Notes under the pieces: model-generated
The model's database searches: none
What the model was told of the DNA's origin: nothing
The model's input: the letters and a program-made list of their open reading frames with translations, nothing else
Made by a program: the position numbers and the translations under genes
DNA from: Blastocladiella emersonii ATCC 22665
Taxonomy: Eukaryota > Fungi > Blastocladiomycota
DNA length: 64,000 bases
Reading direction: 5' to 3'
NCBI GenBank assembly: GCA_025594325.1
Contig: JANHCV010000001.1
Span: 3,410,001-3,474,000, forward strand
Part shown: in pieces, positions 46,094 to 59,443 of the stretch
Numbering within the stretch: position 1 is the first letter of the stretch
How the letters are laid out: the number at the start of each line of letters is the position of its first letter

Positions 46094-49000
46094 ATGACCT
46101 CCAAGCCGCTGGATGAAACCTATATTCGCCGCGAGCTCATCGGCCGCGGCTCGTTCGGCCAGGTAAGTCCCCGCACTGCACCCACCGCGTCGCTGCCCGT
46201 CGAATGATATCCATCGCGGCCGGGGTTCCGTGCATCGTGGGCGTGCGCTCACGACGCGTCCCCACGCCCATCGCCGCGCGCGACGCGTTTCACCTAGGTC
46301 TTCAAGGGGTACGCGTCGTATCGCGCGTTTTGGGGGTCGTGGGTTGCGTACTAACGCATCGGCGTCGTGGAAATCGCGTAGCCTGAACGTCGTGACGGGC
46401 GAGACGGTCGCAATCAAGGTGCTCGACCTCGATTCCAAGGGCGAGGAGATTGACGACATCCAGCGCGAGATCTTCCTGCTGCAGCGATGCGACTCCGAGT
46501 ACATTACGCGGTACCACGGGTCGTACCTGCAGGGCACCAAGCTCTGCGTAGTCATGGACTTTGCCAAGGGCGGGAGCATCCGCGATATCGTACGCTTGTT
46601 GGCGCGGGCGACGCGTTTTCTGCCGCGGGGTTGCTCACGCTCGGCGTCCGTGACGTGTAGCTCCAGTCCGGTACCATCCAGGAAAAGTACATTAACGTCA
46701 TCGCGCGCGAGGTCGTCAACGCGCTGAGCTACCTGCACAAGACCGGCATCATCCACCGCGACATCAAGGGTACGCCGGCCTCCGCGCTTTCCCATGCGAG
46801 CCGCCCGCTCACTCTCGCGCTCGTACCCGTGTAGCGGCCAACATCCTGCTCACCGAGGAGGGCAAGGTCAAGCTGTGCGACTTTGGCGTGGCGGGCCAGT
46901 TCTCCATGAACACGCTCAAGCGCCACTCGTTCGTCGGCACGCCGTACTGGATGGCGCCCGAGGTCATGCGCCGCACCCAGTACGATTACAAGGCCGACGT
47001 CTGGTCGCTCGGCATCACCATCTACGAGATCGCCACGGGCGGCCCGCCGCACCTCGGCCGCGACCCCATGAAGGCCCTGCTCATGTCCGGCATGGAGAAC
47101 ATTCGCCTCGAGGGCGACTTTTCCGCCAACATGAAGGAGTTTGTCTCGGCGTGCCTGCAGGAGGACCCGGCCCAGGTACGGCTCGCGTATTCAGAGGGGT
47201 TGGGCCGTCGTCGCTGACTGCGGCATCGTGTAGCGCGCGACCATCGACGACCTCGCCAAGTCCAAGTGGTTCAAGACCACGCCCAAGGGCACCGCCCTGC
47301 TCCAGGACCTCGTCCTGCGCCGCGAGGAGTGGCAGCGCCAGCAGGCCGACAAGATGAGGTACGCCGTCCGCTTGCACTCATTTCCGCACCAGCAATTAAC
47401 CAGTCATACCCTCGTAGCCTCAAGAGCGCCAAGAGCGAGGACGACATTGACGGCGACAAGCTGGCCGACGACTGGGTCTTTGACACGGTCCGCTCGACGC
47501 GTTCGTCGCTCGCCATCCCCACCGCCTCGGCCGCCCCGCTCAACCACGCCGCCACCGTCATGTCGCGCAAGAGCCACCGCCGCAACCAGTCGTCCGTCTT
47601 CATCCCGCCGCCGCACATTGATACCAGCTCGGCATCGAGCTCGGGCACGGGCACTGTCGTCGGGCCGGGTACGGTGGCCGGTACGGGGACCGTCGTTGCG
47701 GCGGCGGCGGCGACAGCGGCTTCGGCCACGGTCATCAAGAAACAGCCGTCGGTCGGCACGCTCGCCCCGCCGCACATCCCGCGCAGTTACTCGGACACGA
47801 GCGCCCTGTACAACCCGCTGCTGCACATCTTCGACCCGCCCTCGGCGCAGGCGCAGCGCGGCGGGAGCGTCGGGAGCAGCGTGGGCGCTGGCGGCACCGC
47901 GGCGTCCGCGAACGGGTCCTTGACCGTCGAGCCCGACTACAGCTACGGCAAGTCGCCCATCTCGCCCAACCTGACCACGTCGCCGTCGCTCCCCTTCATC
48001 ATCGACACGTCGATTCTGTCGCCCAACCACTCGCCGCCGAGCACGCCGCACCACGGACACGGCCACGGCGTCGCACACGGGCACTCGCACCACATCTCCC
48101 TGTCGGTGCCGAGCTCAACCATGTCGACGGCGTCGAGCCCGACGACGCCGCGCAGCCGCAACTCGTCGCTGACCAGCCGGCTCAAGATGTTCTCCAAGTC
48201 GCGCGCCATGGACTCGCGCCTGTACAAGCCCATCTCGACCATCTCGGCCGCGCTGCGCCGCGACAGCCGCGACGGCGGCCAGCCGTGGCCGACTATGGGC
48301 ACGTCGCCGACGGCGTCGTCCTCGGGCCGCAGCGGCGGCAGCGGACGCGGTGGCTCGACCGAGGACTTCCCGCCGCTCCGCCCGCGCGCGTCCACGGCGC
48401 CCGAGATCCGCGACCCGCGCGGGACACCCGGGATCCGCCGGCTCTCGTTCCTGCTCAACTTCACGACGGGCAGCAACGAGCGCGACAGAGACCGCGACCG
48501 CGACCGCGACCGCAAGGGCAGCTTCGGCAGCTCGCTCGGGCCCAACAGCGCGGGCAGCGGCGAGTTCCCGAAGAACGCGTCGCGCCGCATGTCGACGTCG
48601 GCCGCGCTCTCGTCGCTGTCCATGAGCGTCCCGACCACGCCGACATCGGGGCCCGGCGAGGACGGCGGCGGCGGGTCCGGGTCGTCGGGCTCGCCGTCGC
48701 TGTTTGCGCGGGTCCGGTCGGGGTCCGTGACCACGTTCTTCAAGCGGTCCGAGTCGGGCACGGGTGGCGGCGGGGGCAGCGGCGGGAGTGGGAGCGGCAC
48801 CGAGCGCCGCGGGAGCCTCACGCTGTCGACGGAACGGTTCCCGTCAATGCCGCCGTCCGAGGGCTCGCCGTCGAGCCGCACGCGCGGCGCGTCGACATCG
48901 GGCCTGCTCCTCAGCGGCGGCAGCGGCGCGAGCTCGACGGTACTGGGCCCCGCGCTCATCGAGGCCACGTCCGCGACAGCTGCTGCCACGACCGGCTCGC

Positions 49001-49458
49001 GCGCAGACCTCACGCGGCCCGTTGCGGCAACGGACGCGGACTCGTTCGACCAGGTCGTCAACCTGCAGGCGCAGGGTGGGATGAGCCCCGCGGTGCTGCG
49101 GTCGCTGTCGCTCGCGAGCGTGTTTGAGAGTGTGGATCCGCGGACGCTCGAGGGGTACGACGGCGACGACGGGTCGGGCGTTGCTGGTGTTGGCGGGGCC
49201 GCCGGCGGTTTGGGACCCGCGGGGCTCGTGGTGGGCCCGCGCACGCCGCTCCTCAACGTGCCCGTCGAGTCGCTGGGCGCGCTCGTGTGCCCGGCGATCG
49301 TCAGCGACCCCGAGTCGTGGCCGTCGACGGGCGCGACGCCCGAGCAGCTGGCCGAGGTCGAGGCGCAGATCGCGGGCATGGCGGCCGAGTGTCTCGCTTG
49401 GCTCGACTGCACCGAGCAGAGTATCAAGAAGCTCGCGGCGCAGGGGCAGCCGTCGTGA
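46094..49458 (+). CDS. STE20/GCK-family Ser/Thr kinase (Kic1/Nak1-like) with long disordered tail
   Basis: IGRGSFGQ, VAIKVLDL, HRDIK | AANIL, KLCDFG, KRHSFVGTPYWMAPEV, YDYKADVWSLGIT; multi-exon N-terminus. Confidence 0.9.
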
Positions 49459-49503
49459 AGGATAGATGGGTTTTATCGATTGAATGCTGGCAGTTCAAGA
49501 CTA

Positions 49504-50501
49504 CTACAAAAACGCATGATCAAACTTCTTAGCCTCGACCTGGCCTGACGCAGCGAACCCGGTGCCCTCAGTCGCGAGCGCGACGATATCGCGCGGCCGG
49601 CACTTGGTGTCGCACAGCGTGCACTGCTTGGACGCCTTGACGAACGAGGTGACGCACTTGTCGCACAGGACGTGGCCGCAGGCGCGGAGCGCGTGGACCT
49701 TGGCCGACGGCGCGAGCGACTTGGCGCACGACGGACACGTCGGCTTCTTGGTGGTCGCGTCGCGCTGGAACTTGACGGCGAACAGCTTCTTGGCCGACAG
49801 CGCGTGCGGCGCGCTCGACAGGCACTGCACCTGCGCGCGCTTCTCGGCGGCCGCGGCGGCAGCGGACGCGGCGGCTGTGTCCGCGTCGGCGGCTGCGCTC
49901 GGCGTCAATGAAGGCTACTCGCGAGGAGAGAAGTGTCAGCGACCTGGCGCGGTCCAAGAGGTTTGGAGAGTCGTACAATCCAAAATGACGGGAGCGCCGC
50001 CTTCTTAGCCGCGTCAGCTTCCCGCGCGCGGCCCGTGAGCGAGATGGACGCCTCGGCCTGCGCGACCTTAGCGCGAGCCGCGTCGATTTCGCGCTCGCGC
50101 TCGCGGAGCTCGGCCTTGGCCCGGGCATCTTCGAGGGCGTCGTTGGTCCGCGCAATCTCGCGCTTCTGGGCGAGGATGCTCTCGAAGATGCACTCCTTGC
50201 ACGCCACGTGGCCTTCTGGGCTATCCGAGTCGGGTTAGCGAGTGACGAGGGAAGTGATGAGGGAGGACGCACCAGGACATGGGGTCGACGGCCGTGGTCA
50301 GGCACAGGAAGCAGGCGTCAAAGGGCCGCTTAGAGTCGCCGCCGAGGCGTTGCTATAGCGGATTGCGCGTCAGATCTGCCATCGCGCATTGGCATGGTCG
50401 AGGACAGGGACACGGACCGTCTTGGTGCCGTAAGTCAGGCGATCGCGCTCAGCGTAGGTGAATACGGCGGACGCCGTGTTGTTCTTGGAGTGGCGCGGCA
50501 T
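49504..50501 (-). CDS. NOSIP: Nitric oxide synthase-interacting protein (split RING E3)
   Basis: MPRHSKNNTASAVFTYAE, FDACFLCL..GHVACKECIFESILAQK, LPSFWI, CPSC..CGHVLC..C..C, EGTGFA. Confidence 0.92.
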
Positions 50502-50710
50502 GGTTCAGGGTGACAGATGCAGCAAGTAGGATCCGACAATGTGCGCCGTTACACGAGATACATGTGGTTCGGGTCGAGGGGGAGAGAGAGTGAGCCGCGG
50601 CCGCGAGCATCCTGTTGCGCCGACCGCCACGCTGGCGCCGGTCAAAGTCGACGCGTTCGGGCGCCGCCCTCCTCTCTCCCCTCGCACACCCCAAGATCCC
50701 ATCACCAACC

Positions 50711-51353
50711 ATGAAGCTCGCCTCGTTCCTCGCCCTGCTGCTGACGCTCGTCGCCGCGCTCGCCGTCGCCGGCACCGCCGCTGCTGATGCCAAGGAGCGC
50801 GTGGCGCCCAAGGAGCTGCAGATCGGTGTCAAGCACCGTCCCGAGGTGTGCACGCAGCGCTCGCGCAAGGGCGACCGCCTCTCGATGCACTACCGCGGCA
50901 CGCTCTTTGCCGACGGCTCCGAGTTTGACGCCAGCTACAACCGCAACCAGCCGTTCGACTTTGTCTTGGGTGCCGGCCAGGTCATCAAGGGTACGTCGCT
51001 TCAGTTGAGGGTTGCTCGGGCGCGTACACTGCACTAACACTACGGAGTAGGCTGGGACCAGGGCCTCCTCGGCATGTGCGTCGGCGAGAAGCGCAAGCTC
51101 GTCATCCCGCCCCGTACGTCGTCCTGCTCGCACCTCTCTACGCGCGAGCTGACGCTCGGCCCCTTTTGTAGACCTCGGCTACGGCGCTGGCGGCTCGCCC
51201 CCGGTCATCCCGGTACGTCCTCGAGTGCTAGACCCTACCCATACTCGGATCAGACCGCTGACCCGCCGTACTCTGTAGCCCGCGGCCACGCTCGTCTTCG
51301 AGGTCGAGCTGCTCAAGATCCTCAACTCGGGCTCGTCGCACCCCGAGTTCTAA
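50711..51353 (+). CDS. FPR2: ER-luminal FKBP-type peptidyl-prolyl isomerase (FKBP2/Fpr2)
   Basis: Signal peptide, [22 protein letters not shown] | [20 protein letters not shown]; ends HPEF*. Confidence 0.92.
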
Positions 51354-51576
51354 GCGACCCAACGGTTTTGTCTGCCTGTGAGCTGTACAAGCGAGAAATG
51401 GAAGCGATTTTTGCTTGACCTGCCTGTCTGTGCCTCGCTCGAGAAGCAGCGGGTGACGCGTCGCACTGCCACACCCTGCCAGCGAATCCGCCGCCGCTCC
51501 CTCCCCCCTCCTCTCGTGAACCCCCTCATTCGGCCATCCGTGTCGACCCACCACCCCCCGCAACGTATTCATTCCC

Positions 51577-52364
51577 ATGGCAAAGATCGCGACGAAGCGG
51601 CTGCAGCGCGAGCTGGCCGAGATCATGAAGAACCCGCCCGCCGGCATTCGCATGGTCGACAGCGACTCGCTCATGAAGTACGCGGAGTGCGACCACGCTT
51701 CCGACGCAATCCGCCCCGTCTGACCTCTGCGTGTGCGCGCCAGGTGGGTCGTCGAGGTCCAGGGCGCCGCCGGGTCCATTTATGAGGGCGAGACGTTCAA
51801 GCTGCAGGTGCGCGCACTCGCACTCGCACAGTGTGTCCGCCGAGACCGTCGCTCACCACGACGTTGTCGGGACATCGCTCTCTAGTTCAAGTTCCCCGCC
51901 GACTACCCGATTGAATCGCCAGAGGTCATCTTCCTCGCCCCAAACATCCCCGTGCACCCGCATGTACGCCGTCGCGCTCTTGTTATTTACTGCGGTTCCG
52001 CGGTCTCACTCACCTCGCACTCGTCGTAGGTCTACTCGAATGGCCACATCGTACGCCCGCTTACTGCGAGACACCGGTCGCTCGACATCTCACCCGTCTG
52101 CTCCTCGCGTAGTGTCTCTCGATCCTGTACGACGGCTGGACGCCCGCGCTCACCACCTCGTCCGTGTGCCTGTCGCTGCAGTCGATGCTGTCCAGGTACG
52201 CTTCCTCCCCCCACCGCACGTTGCCTTGGTCTGACCCGCAAACGCTCGATCCTAGCTGCGGGAAGAAGGAGCTGCCGCCAGACGACGCGCGGTACGTCGG
52301 CCGCGTCGGCATCCACGCTTCGCCCAAGGACTCGAGATGGCTGTTCCACGACGACTCGGTCTAA
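51577..52364 (+). CDS. UBE2W: Ubiquitin-conjugating enzyme E2 W
   Basis: KRLQREL, YPIESPEV, PVHPH | VYSNGHI | CLSILYDGWTP, SLQSMLS, RWLFHDDSV*; several short introns. Confidence 0.9.
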
Positions 52365-52500
52365 GGGGCGCACTGCTCGGCCGCGTCATGTCGCGCGTAA
52401 TGTATATCTCTCCATGTCGACCTCACTCCACACTCTCGTCACCGAGTACATGAACACGCTCTTCACCATGATGCAAAACGTGTTCGAGATTGAGACCGGA

Positions 52501-53629
52501 TCAGGTCGACGACGGCCGTGGCGGCGCCGATTTCTTCCCGTTCGCGCCCGCCGCCGCCGCCGATGGCGGTTTCGGCAGCTTGCTGCTGTTTCCTGCAGCA
52601 CTCCGATTCGACGCTGCCCGCGTCACCGGCCCGCTACTCCCACTCGACGCTGACGCCGCACTGCCTGCCGGGAGCACCGACGGCACCGCCGCCGCTGCCG
52701 CGGCGATCGGGCCCGTGTACGGCGTGTACTTGAGCGGCCGCCGCAGCGACGCCTGCAGGTCGAACTTGAGCCGCGCCTTGGCTGTCCCCGGCGGCGCGTC
52801 GTCGCCGGCGGTGGACGCTGCTGGCGCGGTGCTCGCCCGCGACCGTTTCGAGGCCTTGGACCCCGCCGCCGGTGCACCCGCGGCCTTGCGCTTCTGACCC
52901 GGCGCGAGCGACACGGCCGCGGCGCCAGCGGTCGTCGTTGGCGACGCCGGTTCCGATGCCGACTGCGACCGCGTGACAGGTCGGCGGCCTGCTGCGCTCG
53001 CTACAGACGCGCGCCCGCGCTTTGCGCCCGACGGCGTGTCCGCTGGGACCAGCTTCGGCCGGCGCGACCCGTCGCCCGCGGGGTCCGCCGACGGCGTCTC
53101 GTTGGGCAGGTCCGACGGGACGACGACCACGACGCGCCCCGGGTCCGTTTGTGTCGATGCGGTTGCCATGGACGGCGTGCCGGAGAGCGCAGGTGGAGGT
53201 GGCGGGGTGGCGGACCGGTGCGGCGTGTCGTCCCAGTTGAACACGGTCGTGTCCGTGTGCCGCGTCGCGGGGACAAGCGCCGCGGCGCGGATGCGCGGCG
53301 TCACGGCGTCGTCTGGCAGCGGGGGCACGGTGAAGGTCAGGTCCGGCGTCGCGGGGCCGGCGCCGGCGGTGCGCGAGGCTTTCGGGGTGAGTTCCTCGTC
53401 GTCGGCGGGTGCTGCAGCGGCGGTTGCGGGCGAGGTCGGTAGCGCGGTTGCCGTGGTCTGTGGATGGAGGGTGGGAGGTCAGTTGGGGAGTCTCGTCGTC
53501 GTCGCACAGCCAGTGGAGACGGACCATCGCCGAGTCATCTCCGCTCGCGACCGAGGCTGTCACGGCCTCCGAAGCCGCATTCTGGGCCGCCTCTGTATTC
53601 ATTGCAGTAACTGAGTCTTTGTGGTTCAT
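52501..53629 (-). CDS. Disordered basic protein with a NuSAP-like FDLxASLxRPLxY motif
   Basis: An intron at ~53520-53460 joins the two frames; KFDLQASLRRPLKYTPYTGP lies near the C-terminus. Confidence 0.6.
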
Positions 53630-53937
53630 GGGATTTGGAGAGCGCCGAGGGGGAAGGGAGAGCTGGGAAAGGGCCGGACGCAGGTCAGCGCGCAAGCGGC
53701 GTGACCGCGATCACGAAGCCCATCAGGCCTGGCCGACCTCCGCGACTCACGAGAAACGACAGAGAGACAAGGACGAGAGTATAATACAGGGATTGCCGAC
53801 AGGGCGATACGCGCTAGCGTGGACGCCAGAGTGAGCAAAGGAAGCGAGCGTGCAGGGTCAAAAGAACATTGGGATCAAGTCGCGGACAGGGATGAGGGCA
53901 AAGGGGGGAGGAAATGTACAAGTCGAGGGAAGAGGAA

Positions 53938-56717
53938 TCAGTCGGAGGCCGAGGAAGCCGACGACGAGGTGCTCGCAACGGGGCACGCGGGCCCGGACGG
54001 CTTGAGCTTGAGGACGCACAGGAGCGGGAGGTGGTCGCTCGGGACGTGCGGCGAGGGGAGCGAGGCGAGCGAGTCGAGGTACCCTTGCGGCTCGGGCGCG
54101 CCGAGCGACTCGACGAGCTTGATCTGCGGCGCCGTGAACAGCACGTGGTCGATGGTCCCCGAGAAGTGCGGCCGCCGGTGCGTGTACGGCAGCGCCGCGC
54201 CCGGGTACGCCGACCGCAGCGCGAGCGAGTGCTCGAACCGCTGCCCGCCCGTGAACCGCCCAAACTGCGCCCCGTCAAAGTGCGCCGTCGACACCCCGCC
54301 CGTCAGCAGCAGCTCGAGCACCGGCGACGTCGGCAGCGAGTTGAGGTCGCCGCAGATCACCGTCGGCGTCCCGTGCGTCGCCGCCATCTGGTGCTTGGTC
54401 CGCCGCGTCCCGAGCACGCCACGGCCGGCCGGCGGCGAGTGAGGCGGGGACGAGGACGAGGAGGAGGAAGTCGTGCGACTGCGCGGCGTCGAGTGCATGT
54501 TGGGCGACGAGCCCGGCGACGGCGTCGTGGGCGAGCGCAGCGGGTGTTTGTGCGTGCCGTTGCGGCCGACGGGGATGAAGGTCGGCGACGGTGGCGTCGG
54601 CGGGAGCACCGGGTCCGCGATGGGCGCGAGCGGCGCCCATGGGATCGGGAGCGGCTCCGAGCGCTGCTGCTGCTGCTGCTGCATTGGAATGCCGCTATCG
54701 GGGACGGGCGAAGCGGGCGGCGACGAGAGCGGGCGCGGCGACGAGTTGCGGCGCTTGCCCGGCGGCATGAGGATCGGGATCGGCCGGCTGCGCGAGATGC
54801 TGATGGGCGACGGCGCCGGCACGGGCGTGGGCAGCGCGACCGGCGACACGGCGCCTGCGGCAGCCGCGGCCCAGGGCGCCATGACGGGCGTCGTCGGCAT
54901 GGGCGCGGGCGCAGGCGAGGCGGGGAACACGGGCGAGGCGGGCGCCGAAGCGGGTCCACGCGCGCCGGCGTAGCCGCCCGCGATGTGGAACGGGTCGGTC
55001 TTGACGAGGTGCTCGAGCAGGATGGCCGTCTGCAGCAGCTTGGACGCGGCAAACTCGGGCTGCCACAGGAGGTGCGTGTTGACGATGCGGAGCGGCGCAC
55101 CGGTGCGGCGGTCCTGCAGGAGCACGACCTGGGCGAGGTTGCTGAAGGGCGTCTGGCCGACGACCACGTCCGTGGTGCGGGCCGAGTGCCACGACGCGGG
55201 CGCGTCGAGCGAGGGCCCGGCGAGCTCGACGTGGCGGTAGTGCAGCGTCGACGTGGCGAGCTGCGCGAACCGCGAGTGGCGGAAGAAGGTGGCACAGCCG
55301 TCGTACGCCGACTTGGCCGCGTACACGCCCGCGTACCCGGCGGCGCGCAGGATCGGGAGGAAGAAGTCGGCGTAGTCGTCGGGGTCCACCTCCTGCAGGC
55401 AGATTACGTCGTGCTCGTAGTACAGGATCTCGTTCATGAGGGCGATGCGGCGCGACGCGTAGTCGCCGGGCCACGCGGGCGCGGCGGGCGCGGCCGAGGC
55501 GGACGCGAGCGGCGACGAGGCGGCGAGCCGTTCAAAGGCGGGCGCGAGAATGTTCCACGACATGACGGAGAAGGTGTGGTCGTCAAAGCTGGTGCGGTCA
55601 TGGCGTAGCCACCTCCGCTTGAGGACGCGCACGAGGCCGGGGCACGGCATCGGGTCCTTGAGCAGCGCTACACGGGGAGCGCGATGGGTGGAGCGTGAGC
55701 GTTTGCTGCATCGGGAGTGGCAGCGGAGCGGAGCAGCGTACGCAGGGCGGGGTACACGAGCGAGAAGAGCAGCGTGAGGAGGGCGGGCTGCACGACGACG
55801 GGCGACGCGGGCCGCATGGCGTCGATAAGCATGGCCTCGTGCATGACCACGTCGCCGTCGACGTCCGAGGCGGCAGACCTCGACGCGTTCGAGGCTCGGC
55901 GGCCGCGAGCGCGGCTCCCGCTCCGGGCGGGCGTGGGATCCACGTCCATGGGCGAGTGCGACGGCCGTCGGCGGCCGCCGCCGTTGGACACGTTGGTGGT
56001 GGCGACGACGAGGGCCTCGGTCGGGATGGCGTTGCCGAGCTTGGTCGCGCGGTTGCGTCGGCGGCGGCGCGAGGACGCGGTGGCGGCCTTGGTGGCGGCG
56101 GCCGAGACGGCGGGGAGCGGGCTCGACGACAGGGTGCTGGCGAGGAGCGGTTTGGTGACGCGCTTGATGCGCTGCGGGCTGCCGTGCGGGCTGTTGCTGG
56201 CCGAGCCGGCACGCGAGGCGGTCGGCGTGCCTGGGCGCGATGAGGCGGTGGCAGTGGCGGCGGTCGTAGGAGGCGGCGTGGGGAACGTGAGCGAGCACGA
56301 AAAGGGGCTCGGGAAGGCGGCGGGGGCCACGACGGCGTTGGGCGATGGGTTGTTGAAGAAGGCAAACGGCGACGCGGGCAATGGCGACGAGGCAGCAGCT
56401 GAGGGCGGCAGGAGCGGCGTTGGGGCGAGCAGCGGGGAGGCCGTGGTGGTGGCGCGCTTGGTGGAGGACGCGACACGTTCGCGGCGCGCCGCGCCCGTGA
56501 TAGTGGCGGTGGCGGCGTCGGCAGCCGGCAGCGAGTGCAGGACCGACGCGGGTCGGGTGGCTTGGCCACGCGCGGGCGAGAGCGCCGCCGCGTTGGCCAT
56601 GCGCGTCGCGGCAGCACCGTCGGCCGTGGCCGAGCGCGAGCGCGGGACGCCGCCGAGCAGCGTGCTCCCGATGAGCGCCGGGTGCGTCGGCGCGGGTGGG
56701 ACGGCAATGGAGGCCAT
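53938..56717 (-). CDS. CCR4/nocturnin/Angel-family EEP deadenylase-like nuclease without LRRs
   Basis: MSWNILA, ICLQEVD, DGCATFF, VNTHLLWQPEF, ICGDLNS, FSGTIDHVLF, PSDHLPL; disordered N-terminal exon. Confidence 0.88.
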
Positions 56718-57946
56718 GGTCGAGGCAGTCGGGCGGGTGACGCAGAGTCAGGTGCGGCGCAGAGTCGCAATCGAGTCAAAAACGAGGGCAGCGGGCAGGA
56801 TCGCTCTTGATCGGGGCCGCGCCGTGTACGGGAGACGCGGGGATGGATGGGCGATGGGTGGGTGGCAGCTGGGAGAGAGGTGGGAGAGGGGAGGGCGGGG
56901 AGCTCGCGAGCAGATGGCAGGGCCGGCAATCGAGGCGACGGCGGCGACGGTGGCGAGGGTCTCAGGCGCTGGTCGTGGCCGTGGCCGTGATCGAGGTCGT
57001 GGTGGCGGTGAGACCGAGCGAGAGGGGAAGTGCGCCGTGTCTCGAGCGGCGGGCGAGGAGGTGACGGTCTCAGCGACGCGGCAGAGGCTCGGGGGTAGCG
57101 GATACGGGAGGGAAGGTAGGCGGATGCGTCCGAGACAGAGTCGAGTCGGAAGTGACGTCGGTGCGGCGTCGTCTAGGTCGGCGGCGGCGCGCACACGCTA
57201 GCGGATGCACGATGGAGGGAGGCGATGTGGCCGGTGCTGTGGGGGGCGCGGGAGAGGAGAGTGGATTTGAACGCATCCCGCGGGCGGGGGCAGGCGGGCT
57301 CGGAGCGGCGGGCGACCCCGGGCGTGTGTGGCACCGCCGCGTGCCGCGCCCGCGCGTTCCCACGCTGCCCTGCACGCAATCTTCCCTCCCCACCCACCAA
57401 CCCTGCGACACGTTGCGAGCCGCGCCGCGCCCGCCTCCTCGCGCGCTCCGCCTTGGGCACGCGTCGCGTTGCACGGAGTCGCGCCGGCCGCGCTCGCTCC
57501 CGGTGTGGGCGTTGTGAGCGAGGGCAGCGCGACGCGTTCCTTCGAGTCAGCGGGCGATCTCGGAAGAAGGTTTTGCGCCACGCTCGCCACACCGGCGAGT
57601 TGATGGCGAGTCAAGACCACGTGCGCGTGCGTCGGCGTGCAGCACCCGGATGGCACCGATTGCGGTGGCAGCCCGTTTCAGGATAGCGCCGATAGCGGGG
57701 AAAAAGTCGAGCCCCTCGGCGGCGTAGCGACCGGGTCACGCGGCGGCGGCCCGTTCCACCTGATCCTCCGGCGAGGACGCAAAGGGCGGGCGCGGGCGAG
57801 CGTGCGCGGGCGGGAGGCAGGCGGGCCGCCCCGCACCCCGGCGCCGCCCGCCGCTGCACACAAGCTGCTTGGTCGCCGCTCCCTTGTTTTTCTCCCTCTT
57901 CCCGGCCCTATTGACCGACCCGGACCACCCTTAACTCGTCGTCGTC

Positions 57947-58929
57947 ATGCCTCACTCGTTCGGTTACCGCGCGCGCACCCGCCACCTGTTCTCCAAGAAC
58001 TTCCGCCAGCATGGCCCCGAGCACCTCTCGACCTACATGAAGGTCTACCGTGCCGGTGACATCGTTGACATCAAGGCCAACGCTGCCATCCACAAGGGCA
58101 TGCCCCACAAGTTCTACCACGGGTACGGTCCCCTCGCCCGCCCGCCCCGGTGGCTGACGCGGCGGCGCTCGGTTGCTGCTGGCTCGCTCGCTTGCTGGTC
58201 ACGGCCGACTCGATGAATGGATGCATGCTGCTCGACGTTTCTCGCCCTCGACCGCCTTCGCCACCACGGCCGATCAGCCCTCGCTTCCTCCTCTCGTCGG
58301 CCCCGAACCGTGGTCGAGCAGGATCCGCCGCCGCACCTCAACACGGATGCCTGCTCCCACGCCGCCGAATATTTCAGCGACCGCGGTCCCGCCGATCCGC
58401 GGCTGGCCATGACCACGGTCACCGTAACCAGCAGCAGCGTGCATCCACCGAGTCCCGCCCGCCAGCCACCCTCGCCCGCCCACCCCACTCGAGTGAGCGG
58501 AATTCGCTAACGCTCGACCCCCGTCCTCGCCACGCTCCAGTCGCACCGGTGTCGTCTACAACGTCACCAAGTCCGCTGTCGGCGTCATCGTCAACAAGCG
58601 CGTCGGCAACCGCTTTGTCGAGAAGCGCGTCAACATCCGCATTGAGCACATCAAGCACTCCAAGTGCCGCGAGGACTTCCTCAAGCGCGTCAAGGAGAAC
58701 GCCGCCAAGAAGAAGGCCGCCAAGGAGGCCGGCGGTACGCTTCGCTCTCCCTCATCCTGCTCTCGCTCCGAGGACCGATCACTCACTCTCCTCTCCCCTT
58801 GCTTGCCCATCCACAGAGAAGGTCATCCTCAAGCGTCTCCCCGCCCAGCCCCGCGCCAAGACCCTCGTCAAGACCGCCAAGACCTCGATCGAGACCCTCT
58901 CCCCCATCGCCTACGAGGCCCTCGTGTAA
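57947..58929 (+). CDS. RPL21: 60S ribosomal protein L21 (eL21); exons 57947-58122, 58541-58734, 58817-58929
   Basis: [25 protein letters not shown] | [19 protein letters not shown]. Confidence 0.97.
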
Positions 58930-59443
58930 GACTCCCTGCCCCCACTCGCCATGGTGTCTCTTGCTCGGTCCGGCGTGCGCTCAATACATTCCGAATGAGC
59001 TTACAAAACATTTTGTCTCCCTCGTCTCCGTCCACCTGAACTGGCTGGCACTCTGAGAAGTGCTCGCCCGGAAACCCGGCGTCCCTCGGCCTTAGATCCA
59101 CTTTCTGAAAGACGTCGTGCAGCCCTCCCCTTCAGAGATGCCGATCGCTCTCGAGTGACGAAAAGGAGCGTGAGACGGCAGCGATGCGAGATGTTTCAGG
59201 TTGGCCGAGAAAAACGCTGTCAGGTCCATCAAGCGGATCCAGCCGTCACATGATGCGTCGCCTAGCAACGGGGGCGTGCTGTGTCACGTTACCGTTGCCA
59301 CGCAACTCGCCCGGCCGAGCGAGTGCGCCGGCCGCCCGCCGCCCGCCGGCCCGCTCCGCCGCCTGTCAAAGCTGCGAGTGCCACGCTCCGTTACTGCCCC
59401 TCCTCTTTCCGCACATCACGGTCGTGGACGCAGCACATCCAAC

